DNA of 21,942 bases from a virus (Duplodnaviria > Heunggongvirae > Uroviricota > Caudoviricetes), in the IMG/VR virus record IMGVR_UViG_2565956720_000013; one strand, written 5' to 3'. The notes beneath the pieces are model-generated. The model was given only the letters and a program-made list of their open reading frames with translations. It did not search any database and was not told the DNA's origin. The stretch's first letter is position 1. Each line of letters opens with the position of its first letter. The position numbers and the translations under genes were made by a program. Shown here piece by piece: positions 1-7,222 of this stretch.

Positions 1-996
1 TTATGGACGCATTATGGACATTCCTGACACCGGGTTAAGAGTCACAGCATCTTGTAAGAAATCCGGTGCAAAGTGTGCGTAGGTCATAGTTTGCTGAATG
101 TTAGAATGACCCAGGATGCGCTGCAATGTGATTATGTTACCTCCATTCATTATAAAATGTGTGGCAAATGTATGCCTCAAAACATGTACTGCTTGTCCGT
201 CAGGTAAATCGGGTTTTACTTCCCTGAGAGCGTTACGCACTTTGTAGTAACTGGCATTAAAAAGCCTGCCTGAATTTTTGGTCTTGATCCGTTTAATCAG
301 GTCCTGCGAAACGGGAATTGTCCTGCGTTTTCCGTTTTTAGTTTTCATAAACGTAACCATCTGGTTAATGATGTGTTCAGCTTTTAAATTAGACACTTCA
401 CTCCAGCGTCCACCAGTAGAAAGGCAGACCAGAGTTGCATTTAATTCATCACCATCAAGCATGGATAACAGCCGCGTAATCTCTTCACTGGACAAAAAAG
501 CCATTTCCGTAACAGCTTCACGTAACCGTTTAATCTCACGGAACGGGTTGTGGGAGTGGTATTCACCGGCGTCAATTAACTTGGTGAACATCCCGCTCAT
601 TATTGCCAGATGTCGATTTACGCTGGCTGGTTTTAGACCATCGTTCATCATTACAACGCGATAATCAGTTATCGTTTTCTTTGTTAGCTGGTCAGCTCTG
701 GACACTCCCATTTCTGCAAATTTGGCGATTATTGTCGTTAAACGCCCCCGTTCAATATCTCCACGCTCATGTGATTTTCCGTGATATATCCACCATCTAC
801 CTAACAACTCTGTAAGAGTTCGGCGGTCGGCTGGTTTCTCCAACCACTCTTTGTTGTGGTAGTTAACCAATACATGACGTTCGAATGCCTGAGCTTCACC
901 TTTAGTTTTAAATTTCCGCCTGATACGTTTTCCATCTGCACCCTGCGGTCTGACGTCCACTTCATAACGACCATCATCGAGCTTTTTAATAGACAT
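1..996 (-). CDS. int: Tyrosine-type site-specific integrase, P2 Int-like; complete ORF with stop at 1-3, so attL should lie just beyond the left window edge
   Basis: 331 aa ORF; C-terminal catalytic region with LRHTFATH and GHSNIQQTMTYAHF (R/H box and catalytic Tyr of tyrosine recombinases); located downstream of and co-oriented with the repressor, as in the P2 C-int arrangement. Confidence 0.9.
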   Translation of the reverse strand: MSIKKLDDGRYEVDVRPQGADGKRIRRKFKTKGEAQAFERHVLVNYHNKEWLEKPADRRTLTELLGRWWIYHGKSHERGDIERGRLTTIIAKFAEMGVSRADQLTKKTITDYRVVMMNDGLKPASVNRHLAIMSGMFTKLIDAGEYHSHNPFREIKRLREAVTEMAFLSSEEITRLLSMLDGDELNATLVCLSTGGRWSEVSNLKAEHIINQMVTFMKTKNGKRRTIPVSQDLIKRIKTKNSGRLFNASYYKVRNALREVKPDLPDGQAVHVLRHTFATHFIMNGGNIITLQRILGHSNIQQTMTYAHFAPDFLQDAVTLNPVSGMSIMRP

Positions 997-1089
997 AAAG
1001 CCCTCCGATGACGCTGTTTACTTCTACTACTTGAAAATTAATGCAATTTTCTTTCGTACATTTACTACACACATATGCTGAATAAATCG

Positions 1090-1389
1090 TCAGCCAGTCT
1101 TCTGGTCTGAGTGGTGCAAGGTTGTTGAGTCTTGCCCAATGTGTGCGAGAGCCGGGGCTATTTGTCCAGCTGCTGGATCTGTTTCATCAAACATGAACCA
1201 GTCACGATACTTGCGAAAGCGTGGATGCTTAAACAGCTTCATACCTGCTTCCATAGGCATTTTTGATTTTCCTGATTCATATCCATGATATGTGTAGTAA
1301 TTAATTCCAATTAATTCAGCAAGTTCCTTAGTTTTAAGGCGTTCGGATTCACGGATGAGCTTTAGTTTCTCACTTTGTTCACTTGACAT
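1090..1389 (-). CDS. C: Immunity repressor, P2 C-like
   Basis: 99 aa from the ATG at 1389 (the ORF-track start at 1407 is a TTG); GGAG Shine-Dalgarno upstream; helix-turn-helix-like segment ELAELIGINYYTYHGYESGKS; C-terminal QIAPALAHIGQ resembles P2 C as recalled from memory; divergent from the cox-like gene. Confidence 0.75.
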   Translation of the reverse strand: MSSEQSEKLKLIRESERLKTKELAELIGINYYTYHGYESGKSKMPMEAGMKLFKHPRFRKYRDWFMFDETDPAAGQIAPALAHIGQDSTTLHHSDQKTG

Positions 1390-1482
1390 AATTTTGCTAA
1401 TCTCCAATTATATTGCTACTTGGCAATTTGTGATTCACTCAAAAAGGCTCTAGATGGCTCCAGTTGGTGAATCGCAAATCTT
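1390..1482. promoter_or_regulatory. Immunity switch region: divergent promoter/operator interval between the repressor and the cox-like gene
   Basis: 93-bp interval between divergent regulator genes; contains a 13-bp imperfect inverted repeat, atttgtgattcac at 1426-1438 and gtgaatcgcaaat at 1467-1479 (12 of 13 positions complementary); a TATAAT hexamer reads on the minus strand around 1407-1412. Confidence 0.5.
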
Positions 1483-1854
1483 ATGGAGGATAGCAAAGTG
1501 ACGACAAATGTAGAAATTTCTTGTCCAACTAGCGATGAGGCAAGTTTCGAAAATGAAGCCAAACGTAAAAGCATTCAGATTTCAGAGCGCCCATCTGATT
1601 TGCTGTCGAAAGAAGGTTTTGCTCTTTACATCGGTAAGACACCACGCGCGGTGGCTGAAATGGCTAAAGCAGGAAAGCTGCCAGCCTTCTACATGACAGA
1701 CCCATTAAAACCAAGAGGGAAAGCTGAATTATGGATTAATCGCCGTGAGTGGGACAAGTACGCAGCCCAACTGGTTGATGAAGCTCCGACAGAATGGCAT
1801 GACTGGAAAAATCGCATTAGTTACAGCAAATCAAGACATGGCCGTGCGGCTTAA
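1483..1854 (+). CDS. cox: Cox-like excisionase / transcriptional switch protein; true start uncertain (ATG 1483 without a clear SD, or GTG 1498 preceded by GGAGGA)
   Basis: First rightward gene, divergent from the repressor; segment GKLPAFYMTDPLKPRGKAELWI resembles the P2 Cox KLPVIDMTDP region as recalled from memory; longer N-terminus than P2 Cox. Confidence 0.6.
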   Translation: MEDSKVTTNVEISCPTSDEASFENEAKRKSIQISERPSDLLSKEGFALYIGKTPRAVAEMAKAGKLPAFYMTDPLKPRGKAELWINRREWDKYAAQLVDEAPTEWHDWKNRISYSKSRHGRAA

Positions 1855-1864
1855 GGTGGAAAGG

Positions 1865-2035
1865 ATGAACGAGCCTCGTTGTATTGCTCAGTTATTGCGT
1901 AACGAAAGCCCCAGGGCGATTGACTTCACCATCACCCACGGTAAGGGGCGTAAGGGAATCATTATCCGCACCAAAAAACAGAGTCCGTTAAAAAAGGCTC
2001 TGACCTTTCTGAAAAGCCGGAGGGTATGGAAATGA
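1865..2035 (+). CDS. Small basic hypothetical protein (56 aa from ATG 1865; alternative in-frame ATG at 1799 would give 78 aa overlapping the cox 3' end), position of P2 orf78
   Basis: ATG 1865 preceded by AGGTGGA Shine-Dalgarno; Lys/Arg-rich C-terminus (GKGRKGIIIRTKKQSPLKKALTFLKSRRVWK); stop overlaps the start of the next gene. Confidence 0.4.
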   Translation: MNEPRCIAQLLRNESPRAIDFTITHGKGRKGIIIRTKKQSPLKKALTFLKSRRVWK

Positions 2036-2532
2036 CAGTGATGACGCTCAATCTCGTTGAAAAACAGCCAGCAGCTATGCGCCGGATAATTGGCAAGCAT
2101 CTTGCCGTCCCTCGCTGGCAGGATACATGTGATTATTATAATCAGATGATGGAGCGCGAACGGCTAACGGTTTGCTTTCATGCACAGTTAAAACAGCGTC
2201 ACGCAACGATGCGTTTTGAAGAAATGAACGACGTCGAACGTGAACGACTGGTATGTGCAATTGATGAATTGCGTGGGGCATTCTCAAAACGCCGTCAGGT
2301 CGGTGCAAGTGAGTATGCATATATTAGCTTTTTAACTGTCAGTCAGCGCCGTACTTTATTTATGCATGCCGGATTGACTGAAAAAGAATTCAACCAGCCA
2401 TACTGGCGAATTAATGAAGAATCATGTTACTGGCGTGATGCCTTATTCCGTGCATTACGTGAATTATTCAGCCTGTTTGAGTATGCACCGACAATTCTGA
2501 CGTCGGTAAAACCAGAGCAATATCTGCATTAA
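2032..2532 (+). CDS. Early replication protein, likely P2 gpB-like (start assigned to second ATG at 2032; ORF-track ATG at 2026 lies too close to the SD)
   Basis: 166 aa from ATG 2032, matching the length I recall for P2 B; GGAGGG Shine-Dalgarno about 7 nt upstream; syntenic position between cox and A. Confidence 0.55.
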   Translation: MTVMTLNLVEKQPAAMRRIIGKHLAVPRWQDTCDYYNQMMERERLTVCFHAQLKQRHATMRFEEMNDVERERLVCAIDELRGAFSKRRQVGASEYAYISFLTVSQRRTLFMHAGLTEKEFNQPYWRINEESCYWRDALFRALRELFSLFEYAPTILTSVKPEQYLH

Positions 2533-2595
2533 GTAATTAACCAGAGTTTTTAACGCACTTAATTGTGCGGGGCTTCTTTTTGCCTGGAGAAAGTC

Positions 2596-2820
2596 ATGCA
2601 TACAGTTTCTGAAAATCAGTGCGGTAAATACGCATTACTGCTGCAACAGGCCAGAACCGAAGCACAGGCCGACGCAGCAACGCGCTTTTCTTCTCATCTT
2701 GACGCCATGATTCGCCACATCACAAAGGCGGAGTTATCCCGCGTAGAGATAGTCGAGCTGCTCAGTCAGGAGTCGGAAAAATTTCACAATATCGGATTGT
2801 CTCGCGGGGAGGTGCGTTGA
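2596..2820 (+). CDS. Hypothetical early-operon protein (74 aa)
   Basis: ATG at 2596 preceded by GGAG; the ORF-track start at 2563 would add 11 residues; stop overlaps the next start (TGATG). Confidence 0.45.
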   Translation: MHTVSENQCGKYALLLQQARTEAQADAATRFSSHLDAMIRHITKAELSRVEIVELLSQESEKFHNIGLSRGEVR

Positions 2821-3122
2821 TGTCCTGTTCTCGTTCAGTTGTATTACTGAATAACGCCTTAAAAATCACCGTTATGAAAAATGGCGATCTATCTCTTATT
2901 CAACTTGGTCTTGATAAAGAAAAACGCGAAATAACTGAGTCTGTTATCGCGATTTATCAGAACGAATTAAACCTCCTGTCTGATGTGGTCAATTTACTTG
3001 TTAAACGCGCTGTATTTCACAAGCAAATCTCCTCCGTGGATGAACTGACGAAATTAACGACAGAAATTGCCAGCTATTGCGCTGATGAATTTAAAAAACT
3101 TAACGACAAAAGGAGCTGGTAA
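2820..3122 (+). CDS. Hypothetical early-operon protein (100 aa)
   Basis: ATG 2820 overlapping the upstream stop with GGAGG SD; stop overlaps the next start (TAATG); translationally coupled chain typical of P2-like early operons. Confidence 0.45.
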   Translation: MSCSRSVVLLNNALKITVMKNGDLSLIQLGLDKEKREITESVIAIYQNELNLLSDVVNLLVKRAVFHKQISSVDELTKLTTEIASYCADEFKKLNDKRSW

Positions 3123-3346
3123 TGCCGGACAACGTAGATTTTATTCAGGAACAACAGGCTGAATTACTGGAGCGTCAGATTAACGCGGCAAGGGTAAAAC
3201 ATTGCGGTGCTTCTGCGCTGGTTTGCGAAGAGTGTGACGCGCCAATACCTGCTGCCCGTCGTGCGGCTTATCCGTCAGCCACGCGTTGTGTTTCCTGCCA
3301 GTCAGTCTTTGAAGCAAAAAACAAGCATTACCGGAGAATGGCATGA
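3122..3346 (+). CDS. TraR/DksA-family C4 zinc-finger protein (phage-encoded RNA polymerase secondary-channel regulator type)
   Basis: 74 aa; CxxC-N17-CxxC (CEECDAPIPAARRAAYPSATRCVSCQ); AAGGAG SD; same position as the P2 orf82 zinc-finger ORF. Confidence 0.8.
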   Translation: MPDNVDFIQEQQAELLERQINAARVKHCGASALVCEECDAPIPAARRAAYPSATRCVSCQSVFEAKNKHYRRMA

Positions 3347-3618
3347 GTATTCGTATCGAAATTGGCGAACGTTATGTCGTTACCAGTGACAGCTTTCAGT
3401 TTATTCTCCACGAGAAAAAGAGAGCGGAAAGCGGTAAAAACGCCGGTCAGGAATGGCTGGCGGTGGTTGGTTATTACCCGAAATTAAGCCAGCTCGTTTC
3501 CGGCCTGATGCATCACGATATTCTGACCGGAAGCGCAAAGTCTTTTGCTGATTTAAACGCGCAGGTTGAGCAACTCAGCAAGCGTTGTTCAGAGGCTTTT
3601 GGCTCATATGGCCGTTAA
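3343..3618 (+). CDS. Hypothetical early-operon protein (91 aa)
   Basis: ATGA overlap with the upstream stop; its 3' end overlaps the start of gpA. Confidence 0.45.
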   Translation: MSIRIEIGERYVVTSDSFQFILHEKKRAESGKNAGQEWLAVVGYYPKLSQLVSGLMHHDILTGSAKSFADLNAQVEQLSKRCSEAFGSYGR

Positions 3619-5920
3619 AGCCTCCGGGCGTTTTGTCCCTCCGTCAGCATTTGCCGCAGACACCGGTAAGACGTTTGCCGGTGCTTATGCATGGAACGCG
3701 CCACGCGAGGCTGTCGGGCGCGAAAGACCCCTTACACGTGATGAGATGCGTCAGGTGCAAGGTGTTTTATCCACGATTAACCGCCTGCCTTACTTTTTGC
3801 GCTCGCTGTTTACTTCACGCTATGACTACATCCGGCGCAATAAAAGCCCGGTACACGGGTTTTATTTCCTCACATCCACTTTTCAGCGTCGTTTATGGCC
3901 GCGCATTGAGCGCGTGAATCAGCGCCATGAAATGAACACCGACGCGTCGTTGCTGTTTCTGGCAGAGCGTGACCAGTATGCGCGCCTGCCGGGGATGAAT
4001 GACAAGGAGCTGAAAAAGTTTGCCGCCCGTATCTCATCACAGCTTTTCATGATGTATGAGGAACTCTGCGATGCCTGGGTGGATGCGCATGGCGAGAAAG
4101 AATCGCTGTTTACGGATGATGCGCAGGCTCACCTCTATGGTCATGTTGCTGGCGCTGCACGTGCTTTCAATATTTCCCCGCTTTACTGGAAAAAATACCG
4201 TAAAGGACAGATGACCACGAGGCAGGCATATTCTGCAATTGCCCGTCTGTTTAACGATGAGTGGTGGACTCATCAGCTTAAAGGCCAGCGTATGCGCTGG
4301 CATGAAGCGTTACTGATAGCTGTCGGGGAGGTCAATAAAGACCGTTCTCCTTATGCCAGTAAACACGCCATTCGTGATGTGCGTGCGCGCCGCCAGGCAA
4401 ATCTGGAATTTCTTAAATCGTGTGACCTTGAAAACAGGGAAACCGGCGAGCGCATCGACCTTATCAGTAAGGTGATGGGCAGTATTTCTAATCCTGAAAT
4501 TCGCCGGATGGAGCTGATGAACACCATTGCCGGTATTGAGCGTTACGCCGCTGCAGAGGGTGATGTGGGGATGTTTATCACGCTGACCGCGCCGTCAAAG
4601 TATCACCCGACACGTCAGGTCAGAAAAGGCGAAAGTAAAACCGTTCAGCTTAATCACGGCTGGAACGATGAGGCATTTAATCCAAAGGATGCGCAGCGTT
4701 ATCTCTGCCGCATCTGGAGCCTGATGCGCACGGCATTCAAGGATAATGATTTACAGGTCTACGGTTTGCGTGTCGTCGAGCCACACCACGACGGAACGCC
4801 GCACTGGCATATGATGCTTTTTTGTAATCCACGCCAGCGTAACCAGATTATTGAAATCATGCGTCGCTACGCGCTCAAAGAGGATGGCGACGAAAGAGGA
4901 GCTGCGCGAAACCGTTTTCAGGCAAAACACCTTAACCGGGGCGGTGCTGCGGGGTATATCGCAAAATACATCTCAAAAAACATCGATGGCTATGCACTGG
5001 ATGGTCAGCTCGATAATGATACCGGCAGGCCGCTGAAAGATACTGCTGCGGCTGTTACCGCATGGGCGTCAACGTGGCGAATTCCGCAATTTAAAACGAT
5101 TGGCCTGCCGACAATGGGGGCTTACCGTGAACTACGCAAATTGCCTCGCGGCGTCAGTATTGCTGATGAGTTTGACGAACGCGTCGAGGCTGCTCGCGCT
5201 GCCGCAGACAGTGGTGATTTTGCGTTGTATATCAGCGCGCAGGGTGGGGCAAATGTCCCGCGCGATTGTCAGACTGTCAGGGTTGCCCGTAGCCCGTCGG
5301 ATGACGTTAACGAGTACGAGGAAGAAGTCGAGAGAGTGGTCGGCATTTACGCGCCGCATCTCGGCGCGCGTCATATTCATATCACCAGAACGACGGACTG
5401 GCGCATTGTGCCGAAAGTTCCGGTCGTTGAGCCTTTGACTTTAAAAAGCGGCATCGCCGCGCCTCGGAGTCCTGTCAATAACTGTGGAAAGCTCACCGGT
5501 GGTGATACTTCGTTACCGGCTCCCACACCTTCTGAGCACGCCGCAGCAGTGCTAAATCTGGTTGATGACGGTGTTATCGAATGGAATGACCCGGAGGTCG
5601 TGAGGACGCTCAGGGGTGCATTAAAACACGGCCTGAAAACACCAAATCGTCAGCAAAGAAACGGAAGCCCGTTAAAACCACATGAAATTGCGCCATCGGC
5701 CAGACTGACTCGGTCGGAACGAATGCAAATTACCCGTATCCGCGTTGACCTTGCTCAGAACGGTATCAGGCCACAGCGATGGGAGCTTGAGGCGCTGGCT
5801 CGGGGAGCGAGAGTAAATTATGGTGATATGTCATTCAAATTTCCAGTTGATGATCGATTTTATGATGATGTTAACTCTTTGAATTTATGGAGTATTGAGT
5901 CTCATGTGAACTTCACATAA
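3608..5920 (+). CDS. A: Replication initiation endonuclease gpA (rolling-circle HUH nickase)
   Basis: 770 aa from ATG 3608 (ORF-track start 3566 is a TTG); HUH-type motif PHWHMMLF; tandem active-site tyrosines in GYIAKYISKN as in phiX174-type Rep proteins; syntenic position of P2 A. Confidence 0.9.
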   Translation: MAVKASGRFVPPSAFAADTGKTFAGAYAWNAPREAVGRERPLTRDEMRQVQGVLSTINRLPYFLRSLFTSRYDYIRRNKSPVHGFYFLTSTFQRRLWPRIERVNQRHEMNTDASLLFLAERDQYARLPGMNDKELKKFAARISSQLFMMYEELCDAWVDAHGEKESLFTDDAQAHLYGHVAGAARAFNISPLYWKKYRKGQMTTRQAYSAIARLFNDEWWTHQLKGQRMRWHEALLIAVGEVNKDRSPYASKHAIRDVRARRQANLEFLKSCDLENRETGERIDLISKVMGSISNPEIRRMELMNTIAGIERYAAAEGDVGMFITLTAPSKYHPTRQVRKGESKTVQLNHGWNDEAFNPKDAQRYLCRIWSLMRTAFKDNDLQVYGLRVVEPHHDGTPHWHMMLFCNPRQRNQIIEIMRRYALKEDGDERGAARNRFQAKHLNRGGAAGYIAKYISKNIDGYALDGQLDNDTGRPLKDTAAAVTAWASTWRIPQFKTIGLPTMGAYRELRKLPRGVSIADEFDERVEAARAAADSGDFALYISAQGGANVPRDCQTVRVARSPSDDVNEYEEEVERVVGIYAPHLGARHIHITRTTDWRIVPKVPVVEPLTLKSGIAAPRSPVNNCGKLTGGDTSLPAPTPSEHAAAVLNLVDDGVIEWNDPEVVRTLRGALKHGLKTPNRQQRNGSPLKPHEIAPSARLTRSERMQITRIRVDLAQNGIRPQRWELEALARGARVNYGDMSFKFPVDDRFYDDVNSLNLWSIESHVNFT

Positions 5921-5974
5921 TATGGGGCCGTTGTAGGTGTTTGAACAATCACACTTCAATTCAAAGGGATAGTT

Positions 5975-7222
5975 ATGGTTATTTATCAAGGTGGTAAGAT
6001 AATATCTGAAGATGATTTTTATTCTCATCTTTATTCGTTATGTCAGTTGGATAATGTAGGCGTTCTTTTAGGAGCGGGAGCATCGGTCGGCTGTGGTGGC
6101 CAAACTATGAAGCAGGTATGGCAGTCTTTTAAATATGCACATCCTGAGCTATTGAATTTGTTGCTAGAAAAATACTTACTGGTTGACAATACTGAATCTG
6201 AACAAGACATAGTTAATGTTGAACTTCTGATTGATGAAGTAACTAAATTCTTGTCTGTAGCGAAAACAAGGCGTAATGAAAAAGAACAAAATGAAATTAG
6301 TTTAATATTAAGTGCTTTATATAAACAAGTAACAAGGGCTGCATTGTTAACTGGAGAAGAGTTTGGTTGTAAAAATCAAGGGAAGAAAAACCAGTTTAGG
6401 TCTCATAAAGAATTAATTTCAAAGTTGATTTCAAATAGGCAGCCGGGACAATCGGCACCGGCACTTTTTACCACCAATTATGATTTGGCATTAGAGTGGG
6501 CAGCCGAAGATTTAGGAATTCAGTTATTTAATGGTTTTTCAGGATTGCATACAAGACAATTTTATCCTCAAAATTTTGATTTGGCATTTAGAAATGTCAA
6601 TGCAAAAGGGGAGGCTAGATTTGGTCATTATCACGCTTATCTATATAAGTTGCATGGCTCTCTTACATGGTATCAGGATGATTTTTTAATAGTTAATGAG
6701 GTAAGTGCATCTCAGGCATATGATAATTACATTAAAAATATAATTAATGGTGATGATTTTTACTATGGTCAACATTTGATTTATCCGGGGGCTAATAAAT
6801 ATAGCCATACAATTGGTTTTGTTTACGGTGAAATGTTTAGGCGTTTTGGTGAATTTTTGTCAAAACCTCAAACCGCTTTATTTATTAATGGGTTTGGGTT
6901 TGGTGATTATCATATAAACAGAATTGTTTTTGGTGCTTTGTTAAATCCGTCATTTCATGTTGTTATTTATTACCCTGATCTGGAGAATGCTTTAGATAAA
7001 GTTAGAAGAGGTGTTGCTTCTGAAGGTGAAAAGGCAATTGATGCTTTAAAAAATATGCAATTCAATCAAGTGACTATCGTGGGTGGAGGTCCAGATGCTT
7101 ACTTTGATAGTTTTGTGAAACATCTTCCTTATCCGGTGTTGTTCCCAAGAGAAAATACTGTTGATGATTTGGTTGAAGCTATTTCTAAATTGTCTAAAGG
7201 GGAAGGGAATGTCGCATTTTAA
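5975..7222 (+). CDS. SIR2-like (SIR2_2 / DHS-like NAD-binding fold) protein, predicted NADase effector of a SIR2-HerA-type defence module
   Basis: 415 aa; N-terminal GAGASVGCG glycine-rich motif; TTNYD (sirtuin-type catalytic Asn) about 130 aa downstream; KLHGSL (catalytic His) further on; AT-rich coding sequence unlike the flanking phage genes. Confidence 0.75.
   Translation: MVIYQGGKIISEDDFYSHLYSLCQLDNVGVLLGAGASVGCGGQTMKQVWQSFKYAHPELLNLLLEKYLLVDNTESEQDIVNVELLIDEVTKFLSVAKTRRNEKEQNEISLILSALYKQVTRAALLTGEEFGCKNQGKKNQFRSHKELISKLISNRQPGQSAPALFTTNYDLALEWAAEDLGIQLFNGFSGLHTRQFYPQNFDLAFRNVNAKGEARFGHYHAYLYKLHGSLTWYQDDFLIVNEVSASQAYDNYIKNIINGDDFYYGQHLIYPGANKYSHTIGFVYGEMFRRFGEFLSKPQTALFINGFGFGDYHINRIVFGALLNPSFHVVIYYPDLENALDKVRRGVASEGEKAIDALKNMQFNQVTIVGGGPDAYFDSFVKHLPYPVLFPRENTVDDLVEAISKLSKGEGNVAF

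Noticed and set aside
3585-3917. 110-aa ORF in an alternative frame at the 5' end of gpA
   Set aside because: Overlaps the highly supported gpA frame; Arg/Cys-rich translation; no independent support
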